A program made the position numbers and the translations under genes. The notes beneath the pieces are model-generated. The model made no database searches and was not told the DNA's origin. It saw nothing but the letters and a program-made list of their open reading frames with translations. A stretch of 64,000 nt of DNA from an uncultured Woeseia sp. Lineage in GTDB: Bacteria; Pseudomonadota; Gammaproteobacteria; Steroidobacterales; UBA11654. The stretch lies in assembly GCA_964454905.1 (NCBI GenBank), contig CAYVTR010000004.1, forward strand, positions 7,309 to 71,308, written 5' to 3'. Shown piece by piece: positions 1 to 11,342 of the stretch. The first letter of the stretch is position 1, and every line of letters starts with the position of its first letter.

Positions 1-522
1 AGTTTTTTTGGACTGTTTTTGTGTTTAGGTAATAACTTACGAATATTTGGATCAGATTACCAAATTGGAATTTTACTAGGAATCTTATGTGCTGTTGCTT
101 ATAGCTGTTATCTAATCTCTTTAAAGAGAGCAAATCTTTATAAAAATGAGCAAACGGACCCTTTTTATAATTTAATGATAGTGTCTTTGATTGCATCATT
201 TATTTTGTTTATTGTTGTTTTTATTGAAGGTAATAACTTTGCTTTTGGTAACAGTGAAAATTTATGGTTAATGGTGGCTTATGGAACTGTTTCTCATGTT
301 CTTGGTTGGTATTTTATAATTTCAGGAATTCAAAAAATATCAACGGTATCGGTTGGAATTATTTTAATTTCTCAACCAGTTTTTTCTTTTTTATGGGATG
401 TTTTGTTATTTAATAGAATAATTACTCAAATGGAAATATTTGGCATTTTGATCGTTCTTTTAGCTATGATTATCTGTATTAAATCAGAGGACCAGAAAAT
501 GAAACAATTGGGAATCCATTAG
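1..522 (+). CDS. DMT/EamA-family permease, C-terminal part (5' end upstream of window)
   Basis: Frame is open from nt 1 (no stop in nt 1-18). Strongly hydrophobic product with about five TM-like segments, the size of a second EamA domain. Family call rests on architecture only. Confidence 0.5.
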   Translation, partial: SFFGLFLCLGNNLRIFGSDYQIGILLGILCAVAYSCYLISLKRANLYKNEQTDPFYNLMIVSLIASFILFIVVFIEGNNFAFGNSENLWLMVAYGTVSHVLGWYFIISGIQKISTVSVGIILISQPVFSFLWDVLLFNRIITQMEIFGILIVLLAMIICIKSEDQKMKQLGIH

Positions 523-530
523 ATCGAATA

Positions 531-1148
531 ATGTTATTACTTGGGATAATAATTTTATTTGCTTATGTGGTTGGTTCAATCAATGCAGGATTAATCTTAA
601 GTTATCTGCAAGGCTTAGATATAAGAACTAAGGGAAGCGGTAATGCTGGTGCTACTAATGTTTTGAGAGTAATAGGAATAAAATCTGGCATCACGGTTTT
701 TATTATTGATTGCCTTAAAGGAGTGCTTGCAATTTATGGCACTAACTTATTATTAAGTAACTCTGACCAGAGCCTTATTTTTAGCAAAGAAATCTATTTT
801 TATACTGCGAGTTTAGCATCTGTTGTTGGGCACTCTTATCCTGTGTGGTTTAGCTTTAGAGGGGGTAAAGGGGCAGCTACAGGACTGGGTAATATATTAT
901 ATATATACCCAAGCCTTACGATTGGCCCTTTGTTGGTGTTTATAGCGACACTTGTATTATCGAAATATGTTGGGTTATCAACCATTTTTGCCTTTTTTTC
1001 GCTTTCGCTTTTTGCCTACTTTTGGATAGGTATTGAGGATATTGAGTTTCTAACCTATTTGTTCTTACTTTTTTTATTCATACTCTATGCTCACAGGGAT
1101 AATATTGCTTCAATGCTAAATAAATCAGAGCATAAGATATCTTTTTAA
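531..1148 (+). CDS. plsY: acyl-phosphate:glycerol-3-phosphate acyltransferase PlsY
   Basis: 205-aa polytopic membrane protein with GSGNAGATNVLR (GSGNxGATN motif) and HSYPVWFSFRGGKGAAT block typical of PlsY/YgiH. Confidence 0.9.
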   Translation: MLLLGIIILFAYVVGSINAGLILSYLQGLDIRTKGSGNAGATNVLRVIGIKSGITVFIIDCLKGVLAIYGTNLLLSNSDQSLIFSKEIYFYTASLASVVGHSYPVWFSFRGGKGAATGLGNILYIYPSLTIGPLLVFIATLVLSKYVGLSTIFAFFSLSLFAYFWIGIEDIEFLTYLFLLFLFILYAHRDNIASMLNKSEHKISF

Positions 1149-1149
1149 T

Positions 1150-2115
1150 ATGATTCAAGAACAGATCTTGGTCTCACTAATACATTTCTTAAATGAAGGT
1201 TCTAAGGATAAAAGAGCTATAGAGTCTTTTCTAGGTCAAGATAGAAATATAGATCATTATCTGGATGAACTTAATTTTTTGGGGATTTTTCCCTATATCA
1301 AAAATGATGTGTATTCTATTGAGAAAATTGAGTTCTTAGATAAAAGCTTAATTTCAAACGTGTTAAAGCCTCTTGAGAATAGTTTTCAAATTCAATTAGC
1401 GATTGAGGATATTATTGAAACCACAAGTAAGGCATTTTCACCCTCTGAAATTTTTAATAATAAAGTAAAAATTTGTTTAGCCGAATTTCAGACAAAAGGG
1501 AGAGGCAGGGGAGAACGAGAATGGCTGTCTCCGTTTGCATCAGGTATTTGTTGCTCTGTGTACACTCAACTTCATCTTAAATCAGCACCTCTTGGCCTGA
1601 GTGTGTTGATGGGTGTTAAATTGGTTAATTTGCTTGAGAGCATTGGTTTTATTGGTCTTCAATTGAAATGGCCAAATGATATCTTTTTCAATGATCATAA
1701 GTTAGGTGGTATTTTGATAGAGTTATCACAAAATAAAAATAGTGATTTAATTGTAAATGTTGGTCTTGGTATTAATTATGCTTTACCAAATGAATTTAGA
1801 CATTTAGATGCAACTAGCAATAAACCAATAGATTTAAAACGGGTTAACAACAGAAACCTTTTATCTAGAAGTGAAATTACTGCTCAGATACTAAAAACAA
1901 TCATTACTGGTATCCATGAATTTACTCCTGATTCTGTAAAAGAAATAAGAGATCATTGGAATGAGCTAGACTATTTTTATAATCAAAGTATCAGTGTTAA
2001 GAGCGATAATGAGATCATTCATGGTTATAACAGAGGCATAGATATTGATGGATCATTGCTCGTAGAACAGGGATCAAATCTGAGGAAGATTATTTCAGGC
2101 CATATAGTTCACTAG
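1150..2115 (+). CDS. birA: biotin--[acetyl-CoA-carboxylase] ligase / biotin operon repressor BirA
   Basis: KGRGRGEREW biotin-binding loop and KWPNDI motif. 321 aa including an N-terminal wHTH-sized domain. Same position as E. coli birA upstream of the thrU-tufB cluster. Confidence 0.9.
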   Translation: MIQEQILVSLIHFLNEGSKDKRAIESFLGQDRNIDHYLDELNFLGIFPYIKNDVYSIEKIEFLDKSLISNVLKPLENSFQIQLAIEDIIETTSKAFSPSEIFNNKVKICLAEFQTKGRGRGEREWLSPFASGICCSVYTQLHLKSAPLGLSVLMGVKLVNLLESIGFIGLQLKWPNDIFFNDHKLGGILIELSQNKNSDLIVNVGLGINYALPNEFRHLDATSNKPIDLKRVNNRNLLSRSEITAQILKTIITGIHEFTPDSVKEIRDHWNELDYFYNQSISVKSDNEIIHGYNRGIDIDGSLLVEQGSNLRKIISGHIVH

Positions 2116-2121
2116 AATAAC

Positions 2122-2149
2122 TTTCAATCATCTCCAAAATGATTATAAT
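2122..2149 (+). promoter_or_regulatory. candidate sigma70 promoter for the tRNA-tuf transcription unit
   Basis: Perfect TATAAT at 2144-2149, 39 nt upstream of tRNA-Thr. The -35 is weak (TTTCAA 2122-2127, 16-nt spacer). AT-rich background makes chance matches likely. Confidence 0.3.
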
Positions 2150-2187
2150 CACGAAAAATTAGGTGAGATTGTTAGGTTATTATTTTT

Positions 2188-2263
2188 GCCGGAATAGCTC
2201 AATTGGCAGAGCAACTGATTTGTAATCAGTAGGTTGGGGGTTCAATTCCCTCTTCCGGCACCA
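2188..2263 (+). tRNA. thrU: tRNA-Thr (anticodon UGU)
   Basis: Hand-folded cloverleaf: acceptor GCCGGAA/TTCCGGC, anticodon loop TTTGTAA, T-loop GGTTCAATTCC, encoded CCA. 76 nt. Confidence 0.95.
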
Positions 2264-2338
2264 CCTTATAAAAAAAATAATTAAATAATATTGTTGACAC
2301 CTATAATCCATAGAATGAAAATAGTGGGTTATGTCCGC

Positions 2339-2423
2339 GGAGGGGTACCCAAGCGGTCAACGGGGGCAGACTGTAAATCTGCTGGCTTAGCCTTCGTAGG
2401 TTCGAATCCTACCCCCTCCACCA
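2339..2423 (+). tRNA. tyrU: tRNA-Tyr (anticodon GUA)
   Basis: Acceptor GGAGGGG/CCCCTCC, anticodon loop CTGTAAA, long variable arm, T-loop GGTTCGAATCC, encoded CCA. 85 nt. Confidence 0.95.
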
Positions 2424-2535
2424 TATATAACATAGGGTTATGAAGGTGGATAAAGGCTAAGTGGAACGGAGAAAAATTGAGTAAGGATGATTAATTTTAT
2501 TAAAAATTTGTCGGGTATGATCGCATCTTTCTTGC

Positions 2536-2609
<74 letters not shown>

Positions 2610-2630
2610 AGTTATTTTGGATGTGTATTT

Positions 2631-2703
2631 GCCCACATAGCTCAGCAGGTAGAGCACTTCCATGGTAAGGAAGAGGTCACCGGTTCAATTCCGGTTGTGG
2701 GCT
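2631..2703 (+). tRNA. thrT: tRNA-Thr (anticodon GGU)
   Basis: Acceptor GCCCACA/TGTGGGC, anticodon loop ATGGTAA, T-arm ACCGG-TTCAATT-CCGGT. The 3' CCA is not encoded (discriminator T followed by CAG), unlike the other four tRNAs here. Confidence 0.9.
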
Positions 2704-2756
2704 CAGAGAATTTCATTGTATTAATATAAATTTAGTTTAATCAGGAGTTAATAATT

Positions 2757-3944
2757 ATGGCTAAAGAAAAATTTGAACGTAATAAACCACATATTAATGT
2801 AGGTACAATTGGACATGTTGATCATGGTAAAACTACCTTAACAGCGGCACTTACAAAATGTATGGCTGAAAAGTTTGGTGGGGATGCTTCTGCATTTGAA
2901 GATATTGATAATGCACCTGAAGAAAAAGAAAGAGGAATTACTATAGCTACAGCTCATGTTGAGTACGAAAGTGACGCAAGGCACTATGCCCATGTGGACT
3001 GTCCAGGTCACGCAGACTATGTAAAAAACATGATTACTGGTGCTGCACAAATGGACGGCGCAATCCTAGTTGTTTCAGCTGCAGATGGTGCTATGCCACA
3101 AACAAAGGAGCATATCCTTTTAGCAAGAAATGTTGGTGTTCCTAATATTGTAGTCTTCTTAAATAAGGCTGATCAAGCCGATCCTGATCTAGTTGAACTT
3201 GTTGAGATGGAAGTGAGAGAGGAACTCTCTAAATATGACTTTGATGGCGATAATATTCCTATTATCTCAGGAAGCGCCTTGAAAGCACTTGAAGGGGATA
3301 CAAGTGAAATTGGAACAGAAGCTGTAGAAAAGCTGGTAGCAACAATGGATGAGTATTTCCCTGAACCAGAAAGAGCTATTGATGGTGATTTCTTGATGCC
3401 TATTGAGGATGTCTTCTCAATTTCAGGACGAGGCACAGTGGTGACTGGTAGAGTTGAAAGAGGAGTTGTTAAAGTCAATGATGAAATAGAAATTGTTGGT
3501 ATTAAGGATACTCAAAAAACCATCTGTACAGGTGTGGAAATGTTTAGAAAGCTTTTAGATCAAGGCCAAGCTGGTGATAATGTTGGTGTACTGCTAAGAG
3601 GCACTAAACGAGAAGAAGTTGAGCGTGGTCAAGTGCTTGCAAAGCCAAAGAGTATCAATCCTCATACAAAGTTTGAAGCTGATGTTTATGCCTTAACAAA
3701 AGAAGAAGGCGGTAGACATAAGCCATTCTTTAATGGATATAGGCCACAGTTTTACTTCAGGACAACTGATGTAACTGGTGCTGTGACACTTCCAGAAGGA
3801 TCTGAAATGGTTATGCCAGGTGATGACACACACATAACAGTTGAATTAATAGCGCCTATTGCTATGGAAGAAGCTGTAAGATTTTCAATACGAGAGGGTG
3901 GCAGAACTGTTGGATCTGGAGTTGTAACAAAAATTATAGAGTAA
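2757..3944 (+). CDS. tuf: elongation factor Tu
   Basis: [17 protein letters not shown] and NKAD GTPase motifs. 395 aa. AGGAG 8 nt upstream of the ATG. tufB-like context after the Thr-Tyr-Gly-Thr tRNAs. Confidence 0.98.
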   Translation: MAKEKFERNKPHINVGTIGHVDHGKTTLTAALTKCMAEKFGGDASAFEDIDNAPEEKERGITIATAHVEYESDARHYAHVDCPGHADYVKNMITGAAQMDGAILVVSAADGAMPQTKEHILLARNVGVPNIVVFLNKADQADPDLVELVEMEVREELSKYDFDGDNIPIISGSALKALEGDTSEIGTEAVEKLVATMDEYFPEPERAIDGDFLMPIEDVFSISGRGTVVTGRVERGVVKVNDEIEIVGIKDTQKTICTGVEMFRKLLDQGQAGDNVGVLLRGTKREEVERGQVLAKPKSINPHTKFEADVYALTKEEGGRHKPFFNGYRPQFYFRTTDVTGAVTLPEGSEMVMPGDDTHITVELIAPIAMEEAVRFSIREGGRTVGSGVVTKIIE

Positions 3945-3954
3945 GGTAACTTTT

Positions 3955-4030
3955 AGGCCAGTAGCTCAATTGGTAGAGCGGCGGTCTCCAAAACCGCAGG
4001 TTGGGGGTTCAAGTCCCTCCTGGCCTGCCA
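3955..4030 (+). tRNA. trpT: tRNA-Trp (anticodon CCA)
   Basis: Acceptor AGGCCAG/CTGGCCT, anticodon loop CTCCAAA, T-loop GGTTCAAGTCC, encoded CCA. 76 nt. Lies between tuf and secE. Confidence 0.95.
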
Positions 4031-4034
4031 CAAG

Positions 4035-4412
4035 ATGAAATATATGAGTGAAGGAAATAGAGAAATTAGCACGATTGTAGACACATTAAAATTGATGGCA
4101 TCAGTTTCAATACTGTTTGCCTCAATTGTCTCATTCTATTACTTTTCTGAAATATCTGTTTTGATCCGAGCCTTGGTGATTATTTTTTCTTTAGTAATAT
4201 CCTTGTTGATATTCTTTAGGACACAAAGAGGGATAATCTTTTGGGAATTCCTGCAAGGTTCAAGAGTAGAGATGAGAAAAGTTGTTTGGCCAACTAAACA
4301 AGAGACTATACAAACAACACTAACAGTTTTTATCTTTGTTTTGATTTTGGGGATCTTTTTTTGGCTTCTTGATTTCATACTGCTCTACATTACAACGTCA
4401 ATAACATCTTAG
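4035..4412 (+). CDS. secE: preprotein translocase subunit SecE
   Basis: Three TM segments and the VVWPTKQET motif. Located between tuf/tRNA-Trp and nusG. Start could be 4035 or the ATG at 4044. Confidence 0.85.
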   Translation: MKYMSEGNREISTIVDTLKLMASVSILFASIVSFYYFSEISVLIRALVIIFSLVISLLIFFRTQRGIIFWEFLQGSRVEMRKVVWPTKQETIQTTLTVFIFVLILGIFFWLLDFILLYITTSITS

Positions 4413-4423
4413 GTCACAGTCTT

Positions 4424-4957
4424 ATGGAACATCAATGGTATGTACTTCAGGTCTATTCTAACTTTGAACATAAAGTTATGAGAATGTTACAAGAGAGGAT
4501 TAAGATCGTTGGTTTAGAAAAGGAAATTATTGATATTGTTGTCCCTATGGAGGAGGTTGTAGAGCTTAAGGGTGGTGAGAAGAAGACCTCTGAAAGAAAA
4601 TTCTTCCCAGGGTATGTGTTGTTAAAAATGATCATGAATGATGAAACATGGCACTTTATTAAATCTATTCCTAATGTGATGGGATTCATAGGCGGCACAA
4701 GTGAAAAACCAAATCCTATAACCGAGAATGAAGCTTTGAATATTTTACATAGAGTTGAAGATTCTGTGGATATGCCGAGACATAAGATTACCTATCAACC
4801 GGGTGAAGTTGTGAGAGTTATTGATGGGCCTTTCAATGATTTTAATGGGGTTGTAGAAAATGTTAATTATGAAAAAAATAAACTTAGTGTTGCTGTTCAA
4901 ATATTGGGTAGGCCAACACCAGTTGATTTAAATTTTAATCAAGTTGAAAAATCTTAA
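4424..4957 (+). CDS. nusG: transcription termination/antitermination factor NusG
   Basis: WYVLQVYSNFE N-terminus, FPGYVL block, C-terminal KOW (GEVVRVIDGPFNDFNG). Conserved position. Confidence 0.95.
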   Translation: MEHQWYVLQVYSNFEHKVMRMLQERIKIVGLEKEIIDIVVPMEEVVELKGGEKKTSERKFFPGYVLLKMIMNDETWHFIKSIPNVMGFIGGTSEKPNPITENEALNILHRVEDSVDMPRHKITYQPGEVVRVIDGPFNDFNGVVENVNYEKNKLSVAVQILGRPTPVDLNFNQVEKS

Positions 4958-4966
4958 GATAGAAAA

Positions 4967-5410
4967 ATGTTAAAGAAGACAAAAAAAGGAAAAAAGGTAG
5001 AAAACCTAGTTAAGCTCCAAATACCAGCAGGACAAGCTAATCCCAGTCCACCGGTAGGGCCAGCTTTAGGTCAAGCTGGGTTGAATATTATGGAATTCTG
5101 TAATGCCTTTAACTCTCAAACAGCAAATTCAGAACCCGGTGTTCTAATCCCTGTTGTGATTTCAGTCTACAGTGATAAATCATATACATTTGTGACCAAA
5201 TCCCCACCAGCTTCTACATTATTAAAAAAAGCTGCTGGCGTTGATAAGGGAAGCGGTACTCCAAATACTGAAAAAGTTGGAACAGTCACAAAAAAACAAA
5301 TTGAAGAAATTGTTGAAATCAAAAACCAAGATCTTAATGCGATTGATAATGAGGCTGCCTTCAAGATCATTGCAGGCACTGCTAGAAGCATGGGTCTGGA
5401 TGTTGAGTAA
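4967..5410 (+). CDS. rplK: 50S ribosomal protein L11
   Basis: [17 protein letters not shown] signature; follows nusG. Short Lys-rich N-terminal extension relative to E. coli. Confidence 0.95.
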   Translation: MLKKTKKGKKVENLVKLQIPAGQANPSPPVGPALGQAGLNIMEFCNAFNSQTANSEPGVLIPVVISVYSDKSYTFVTKSPPASTLLKKAAGVDKGSGTPNTEKVGTVTKKQIEEIVEIKNQDLNAIDNEAAFKIIAGTARSMGLDVE

Positions 5411-5428
5411 AAGTATAAAAGAAATATT

Positions 5429-6112
5429 ATGACAAGAATATCAAAAAGACATCATGAGAATAAAAGTTTGGTTGATCCTGAAAACAGGTATGAATTACAA
5501 GAAGCTATTTCAATTTTAAAGAACTCAGTTAATGTCAAATTTAATGAAAGTGTTGATGTTGCAATCAATCTGGGAGTTGATTCTAAGCAAAGTGATCAAA
5601 ATGTAAGAGGTTCTGCATTATTACCCAATGGCACAGGTAAAACTATGAGAGTCATTGTTTTTGCTGAAGGAGATGAAGCTGATATAGCTAAAGAGGCAGG
5701 AGCAGACTCTGTTGGCATGGATGACCTAGCTGAAAAAATAAAGTCAGGCTATCTAGATTTTGATCTTGTAATCGCTACACCGTCAAGCATGAAGATAGTT
5801 GGACAATTAGGGCAAGTTTTAGGTCCTAAAGGATTAATGCCTAACCCTAAAGATGGAACAGTAACAAAGAATATTAAGGACGCTGTTCTTAATGCAAAAA
5901 AAGGGCAAGCAATGTTTAGGAATGATAAGTCTGGGATCATTCATTGTTCGATAGGTAAGTTAAGTTTTGATGATCAAGCAATTAAAGAAAATTTCTCTTC
6001 CCTTTTGGAGCAAGTTAATAAAAGTAAGCCACCATCTGCTAAAGGAATTTTTATTAAAGCAGTTACTCTTAGTTCAACGATGGGCCCTGGAATAAAGCTT
6101 GATACTAACTAA
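5429..6112 (+). CDS. rplA: 50S ribosomal protein L1
   Basis: L1 blocks (LPNGTGKTMRVIVFAEG, LGPKGLMPNPK). 227 aa. Conserved order. Confidence 0.95.
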   Translation: MTRISKRHHENKSLVDPENRYELQEAISILKNSVNVKFNESVDVAINLGVDSKQSDQNVRGSALLPNGTGKTMRVIVFAEGDEADIAKEAGADSVGMDDLAEKIKSGYLDFDLVIATPSSMKIVGQLGQVLGPKGLMPNPKDGTVTKNIKDAVLNAKKGQAMFRNDKSGIIHCSIGKLSFDDQAIKENFSSLLEQVNKSKPPSAKGIFIKAVTLSSTMGPGIKLDTN

Positions 6113-6132
6113 TAGATGTAAAAAGGTAAAAT

Positions 6133-6663
6133 ATGCCACTTAATATAGAAGAAAAAAAACAAGTTGTTAAAGAATTAAAAAGTGAAGCTACAAATTCTGT
6201 TGCTGGAGCTATTGCAGAATATAATGGCCTTAATGTTAAAGACATAACTCTTTTGCGCACTAAAGCTAGAGAATCAGGTGTTTATCTAAAAGTAGTCAAA
6301 AATTCTTTATCTAAAAGAGCATTCAGTGATACTGGTTTTGAATGCCTTGTCGATGATTTAAATGGACCAATCATTATCGCTTTATCTAAAGAAGATTTAG
6401 CTTCACCAGCCAGGTTATTTAAAGATTTTGGAAAAGATTTTGATCAGCTTAAACCCATTGGATTAGCTGTCAATGGGGCATCTTTCCCTGTCTCAGATTT
6501 GGATAGAATTGCAAAATTACCTACTAAGGATGAAGCGTATTCTGCGTTGCTTGGTTTGATGAAAGCCCCGATTGAAAAAGCAGCGAGATTATTGAACGAG
6601 CTACCTACAAAGTTTGTCAGGTTGTCGAATGCTTTAAAAGATAAACAAGAAGAGGTTTCTTAA
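6133..6663 (+). CDS. rplJ: 50S ribosomal protein L10
   Basis: 176 aa, lies between rplA and rplL. N-terminal [10 protein letters not shown]...EYNGLNV pattern typical of L10. Confidence 0.92.
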   Translation: MPLNIEEKKQVVKELKSEATNSVAGAIAEYNGLNVKDITLLRTKARESGVYLKVVKNSLSKRAFSDTGFECLVDDLNGPIIIALSKEDLASPARLFKDFGKDFDQLKPIGLAVNGASFPVSDLDRIAKLPTKDEAYSALLGLMKAPIEKAARLLNELPTKFVRLSNALKDKQEEVS

Positions 6664-6722
6664 ATTTAATTAATTGTATAAACTTCCCAATCTTTTTTTG
6701 GGTTGGAATAGGAGATAAAAAA

Positions 6723-7121
6723 ATGGCAAAAGCTACTGTATCAAGTAAGGAAGAAGTCTTAGAAGCAATTTCGCAGATGTCCGTGATGGATTTAGTGGAA
6801 TTAATTTCTGAAATGGAAGAAAAATTCGGCGTAACTGCCGCTGCACCAGTAGCTGTTGCTGCTGCACCAGTAGCAGGGGATTCAGGCGATGATGCTTCTG
6901 CAGAAGAGCAAACTGAATTTGAGGTTATTCTTCAAAGCATGGGCGATAATAAAATTGCGGTGATTAAAGCCGTAAGAACAATATCAGGTTTAGGTCTAAA
7001 AGATGCAAAAGATCTAGTAGAAGCTGCACCGAAGTCACTAAAAGAGTCAGTATCAAAAGATGAAGCAGATGAAATGAAGAAACAGCTCGAAGAAGCTGGA
7101 GCTTCAGTTGAACTTAAATAG
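6723..7121 (+). CDS. rplL: 50S ribosomal protein L7/L12
   Basis: Ala/Pro-rich hinge and C-terminal [23 protein letters not shown] block. GGAG upstream of the start. Confidence 0.96.
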   Translation: MAKATVSSKEEVLEAISQMSVMDLVELISEMEEKFGVTAAAPVAVAAAPVAGDSGDDASAEEQTEFEVILQSMGDNKIAVIKAVRTISGLGLKDAKDLVEAAPKSLKESVSKDEADEMKKQLEEAGASVELK

Positions 7122-7169
7122 TTTGATTCTGTTTCCAAACTTGATGCTAGGGATATAAGTAATATAACT

Positions 7170-7200
7170 GCACGATCTTCTTGGAGATCGTGCTGTGTTT
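7170..7200 (+). terminator. candidate rplL-rpoB intergenic attenuator hairpin
   Basis: Perfect 9-bp stem GCACGATCT (7170-7178) / AGATCGTGC (7185-7193), loop TCTTGG, followed by TGTGTTTAT. Same location as the partial terminator known in E. coli. Confidence 0.45.
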
Positions 7201-7215
7201 ATAGGTTTTCAATAT

Positions 7216-10200
7216 ATGACATTTTCATTCACTGAAAAGAAAAGAATTAGAAAAGATTTTGGTAAGCAAAAACCTGCTTTAGATGTACCAGATTTATTGA
7301 CTCTACAAGTAGAGTCATATGATAAATTTCTTCAAAATGACATAGATCCCGATAAAAGAAAAAATATAGGCTTACAGGCTGCATTTAAAAATTTGTTCCC
7401 GATTGAAAGTTTTTCTAAAAATGCAAGGTTAGAATTTGTAAGTTACAGATTAGAAGAATCAGAATTTAATGTCAGGGAATGTCAATTAAGAGGATTGTCT
7501 TATGCAGCACCTCTAAGGGTAAAAACTAAGCTCATTACATATGATAAAACTTCAGAAAAAGAGACAGTTAAGGAAGTACTGGATTTAAAACAAACAGGCG
7601 ATACTACCGATGTGTACTTTGGCGAGATACCCTTAATGACTGAGCACGGGACATTTGTAATTAATGGAACAGATAGAGTAATAGTTTCTCAGCTTCATAG
7701 GTCTCCAGGGGTATTTTTTGATCATGATAAAGGTGTCCAGACTTCTGGGAAGCTTTTGTTTTCAGCTAGAGTTATTCCTTATAGAGGTTCTTGGTTAGAT
7801 TTTGAATTTGATGCTAAAGACAATATTTTTGCCAGAATTGACAGAAGGAGAAAAATTCCGGCTACAATTTTACTACACGCTTTAGGGTTTAGTGATAAAG
7901 AAATTATTGATGTTTTTTTTGAAACGGATAAATACCAACTATCAAAAAAAGAAATCAAGCTTCAAATAAACTTAGATCATTTAAAAGGAAGTGTTGCTGA
8001 TTTTGATATCAACGTTGGTAGAAAAACCATAGTTAGCAAAGGTAAACGAATTAATGCTCTTCATATTAAGCAAATTAAGGACACCAGGAATAAGTACTTA
8101 AAGCTAGCGTTTGAAGACCTAGAAGAAAAAATATTAGCCAATGATTTAATTGATAAAGAAACTGGTGAATTATTGGCATCTGCTAACGATACATTAGATA
8201 AAGAGCTTCTAGAAACAATTATTGAAAAAGGTATCAAAGAGATTGAAACCATTTATATTAATGATGTTGATCAAGGGCCTTACATATCAAACTCTCTTAG
8301 AATAGATCCGTCTTCCACAGCCGAAGAAGCACTCATTGAAATTTATAGAATGATGAGACCTGGTGAACCCCCAACTAAAGATGCATCTGAAAATCTATTT
8401 AATAATCTTTTCTTTAATCCAGAGCGATATGATCTTTCTGAGGTTGGACGAATGAAGTTTAATAGGAGAATTGGAGTTGATAGTAAGAAAGGAGAATCAA
8501 TTCTAACAAAAGAAGACATTCTCAATGTTTTAAAAACATTGATTAACATAAGAAATGGTTCTGATGTTGTGGACGACATAGATCACTTAGGTAACAGAAG
8601 AATAAGAACGGTAGGTGAAATGGTTGAAAACTCTTTTAGAGTAGGGCTTATAAGAGTAGAGAGAGCCGTTAAAGATAGATTATCATTGGTGGAGACTGAG
8701 GAGTTAATGCCAAGGGATTTGATAAATTCAAAACCAGTGTCTGCGGCTATAAAAGAGTTTTTTGGGTCCAGTCAGCTTTCCCAATTTATGGATCAAAACA
8801 ATCCGCTTTCTGAAATTGCTCATAAAAGAAGAATTTCTGCACTTGGTCCGGGTGGTTTAACCAGAGAACGAGCTGGATTTGAAGTTCGAGATGTCCACCC
8901 TACACATTATGGACGGGTTTGCCCTATTGAAACACCAGAAGGACCTAATATTGGCTTAATTAATTCTATGGCAATCTATTCACGAGTTAATAATTATGGC
9001 TTTCTTGAAACACCTTATAGAGAAGTAGTCAAGGGCAAGGCTACGAATAAAATTAAGTATTTGTCAGCTATTGATGAGAGTAATTTTGTAATAGCACAAG
9101 CTAACTCAACTCTTGATTCTAAAAATCAATTGGTTGATGAGCTTATCTCTGCCAGATTCAATAACGAGTTTACTCTGATGCCTCCTGCATCAATTCAGTA
9201 CATGGATGTATCCCCAAAACAGATTGTATCAATTGCCGCATCTTTAATTCCTTTTCTAGAACATGATGATGCAAACAGAGCACTCATGGGATCTAATATG
9301 CAAAGACAAGCTGTTCCAACATTATTAGCAGATAAGCCTTTGGTGGGAACTGGGATGGAGAGGATAGTAGCTACGGATTCAGGAGTAACGATTGTTGCAA
9401 GAAGGGGAGGAGTTGTTGACTCTGTTGATGCTTCGAGAATTGTTATAGCTGTAAACGATGATGAAGCAACTACAGGAGAGTCTGGCGTAGATATTTACAA
9501 TCTGACCAAGTATACACGCTCTAATCAAAACACGTGCATAAACCAAAGACCATTGGTTGTTGTTGGTGATGTTATTTCTAAGGGAGATGTAATTGCTGAT
9601 GGCGCATCAACAAGCCTTGGAGAATTAGCCATTGGTCAAAATTTACTTGTAGCATTTATGCCATGGAATGGATTTAATTTTGAGGACTCGATACTTATAT
9701 CAGAAAGAGTTGTGCAAGAAGATCGGTTTACTACAATTCATATTGAAGAACTCCAGTGTATAGCCAGAGACATAAAGCTTGGCTCAGAAGAAATCACTGC
9801 AGATATACCAAACGTAGGAGATTCAGCTTTAAGAAAATTAGATGAATCTGGTATTGCTTATATTGGAGCCGAGGTTGTTGGTGGCGATATCCTTGTAGGA
9901 AAGATTACACCCAAAGGTGAAACTCAGTTAACACCAGAAGAGAAACTACTTAGAGCAATCTTTGGAGAGAAGGCCTCAGATGTTAAGGATACTTCTCTTA
10001 GAGTCCCATCAGGAATGGATGGTACTGTAATAGATGTTCGTGTTTTTTGCAGGGAAGGCGTTGAAAAGGATGAGAGGTCTAATCAGATTGAAGATGCTGA
10101 GCTCGAGTCTGTTAGAACAGACCTTAAAGATCAGCTTCGGATTATGGAAGCAGACATTTTTAACAGGATCGAGAAATTATTAATAAATAAAATGGCTAAT

Positions 10201-11328
10201 GTTGGACGGAAGTCATTAAAGATAGATAAAGAATATCTTAATTCTATAGAAAAAAATAAATGGTTTGAGGTCAAGTTACAGAATGAAAAACTAAATTCAC
10301 AACTTGAAACTTTTTATAACAATCATAAAGCTCTAACAAAAGAATTCACCCAGAAGTTAGATGCTGCAAAGAAAAAAATAGAAGCATTTGATGATTTACC
10401 ACCAGGTGTATTAAAAATGGTAAAAGTGTTTTTAGCAGTGAAGCGAAGAGTTCAACCTGGAGATAAGGTAGCTGGGAGGCATGGAAATAAAGGAGTAATT
10501 TCTAGAATTGTTCCAGTCGAAGATATGCCATATATGGAAGATGGAACACCCATAGATATTGTGCTTAATCCTTTGGGTGTCCCTTCAAGAATGAATGTAG
10601 GTCAGATTTTAGAAACTCATTTGGGATGGGCAGCCAAAGAACTAGGTCAAAAAGTAGAAAACATTATTAAAGAAAAATCAGGTCCAGGCAGGGTCAAGGC
10701 ACTTAGAGATTTTCTCAATCAAGTGTATAACACCAATAAAGCATCAGAAAAAGTATCTTTATCTAAGCTATCAGATGAAGAGATCATAGAGTTAGCAGAG
10801 AACCTTAAGGAAGGCATACCCATGGCAACACCTGTTTTTGATGGTGCTGAAGAACAAGAAATCAAAGCATTACTGAAATTAGCAGATCTACCAGAAACAG
10901 GGCAAACCAGGTTAATTGATGGTAGGAGTGGTGAATATTTTGAGCGAGCAACAACAGTTGGTTACATGTATATGCTTAAACTTAATCATCTTGTTGATGA
11001 CAAAATGCATGCTAGATCAACTGGCCCTTATAGTTTGGTCACTCAGCAACCTCTTGGTGGTAAAGCACAGTTTGGAGGGCAACGGTTTGGCGAAATGGAA
11101 GTTTGGGCCTTAGAAGCTTATGGTGCTTCTCATACCTTAAGAGAACTGCTAACCGTCAAATCGGATGATGTTCAAGGCAGAACAAGAATGTATAAGCAAA
11201 TTGTTGATGGAACCAATGAAGTGGAGACAGGAATACCTGAATCATTCAATGTCTTAATGAAAGAAATTAGAGCACTAGGATTAAGCATGGATTTGATTGA
11301 AGACAACAAAAATTTTGAAGAGAAATAG
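7216..11328 (+). CDS. rpoB: DNA-directed RNA polymerase subunit beta
   Basis: From ATG 7216 the N-terminus [16 protein letters not shown] matches E. coli [24 protein letters not shown] and GRHGNKGV motifs present. The GTG at 7195 in the ORF track lies just 3' of the hairpin stem, within its U-tract, and is unlikely to be used. Confidence 0.97.
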   Translation: MTFSFTEKKRIRKDFGKQKPALDVPDLLTLQVESYDKFLQNDIDPDKRKNIGLQAAFKNLFPIESFSKNARLEFVSYRLEESEFNVRECQLRGLSYAAPLRVKTKLITYDKTSEKETVKEVLDLKQTGDTTDVYFGEIPLMTEHGTFVINGTDRVIVSQLHRSPGVFFDHDKGVQTSGKLLFSARVIPYRGSWLDFEFDAKDNIFARIDRRRKIPATILLHALGFSDKEIIDVFFETDKYQLSKKEIKLQINLDHLKGSVADFDINVGRKTIVSKGKRINALHIKQIKDTRNKYLKLAFEDLEEKILANDLIDKETGELLASANDTLDKELLETIIEKGIKEIETIYINDVDQGPYISNSLRIDPSSTAEEALIEIYRMMRPGEPPTKDASENLFNNLFFNPERYDLSEVGRMKFNRRIGVDSKKGESILTKEDILNVLKTLINIRNGSDVVDDIDHLGNRRIRTVGEMVENSFRVGLIRVERAVKDRLSLVETEELMPRDLINSKPVSAAIKEFFGSSQLSQFMDQNNPLSEIAHKRRISALGPGGLTRERAGFEVRDVHPTHYGRVCPIETPEGPNIGLINSMAIYSRVNNYGFLETPYREVVKGKATNKIKYLSAIDESNFVIAQANSTLDSKNQLVDELISARFNNEFTLMPPASIQYMDVSPKQIVSIAASLIPFLEHDDANRALMGSNMQRQAVPTLLADKPLVGTGMERIVATDSGVTIVARRGGVVDSVDASRIVIAVNDDEATTGESGVDIYNLTKYTRSNQNTCINQRPLVVVGDVISKGDVIADGASTSLGELAIGQNLLVAFMPWNGFNFEDSILISERVVQEDRFTTIHIEELQCIARDIKLGSEEITADIPNVGDSALRKLDESGIAYIGAEVVGGDILVGKITPKGETQLTPEEKLLRAIFGEKASDVKDTSLRVPSGMDGTVIDVRVFCREGVEKDERSNQIEDAELESVRTDLKDQLRIMEADIFNRIEKLLINKMANVGRKSLKIDKEYLNSIEKNKWFEVKLQNEKLNSQLETFYNNHKALTKEFTQKLDAAKKKIEAFDDLPPGVLKMVKVFLAVKRRVQPGDKVAGRHGNKGVISRIVPVEDMPYMEDGTPIDIVLNPLGVPSRMNVGQILETHLGWAAKELGQKVENIIKEKSGPGRVKALRDFLNQVYNTNKASEKVSLSKLSDEEIIELAENLKEGIPMATPVFDGAEEQEIKALLKLADLPETGQTRLIDGRSGEYFERATTVGYMYMLKLNHLVDDKMHARSTGPYSLVTQQPLGGKAQFGGQRFGEMEVWALEAYGASHTLRELLTVKSDDVQGRTRMYKQIVDGTNEVETGIPESFNVLMKEIRALGLSMDLIEDNKNFEEK

Positions 11329-11342
11329 ATGTAGGACACTAA

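Noticed and set aside
2294-2316. Perfect TTGACA (2294-2299) and TATAAT (2302-2307) hexamers between tRNA-Thr and tRNA-Tyr
   Set aside because: The two hexamers are only 2 nt apart, and TTGACA is 11 nt from the next -10-like TAGAAT. Neither spacing fits a sigma70 promoter, so I do not call one, although an internal promoter cannot be excluded.
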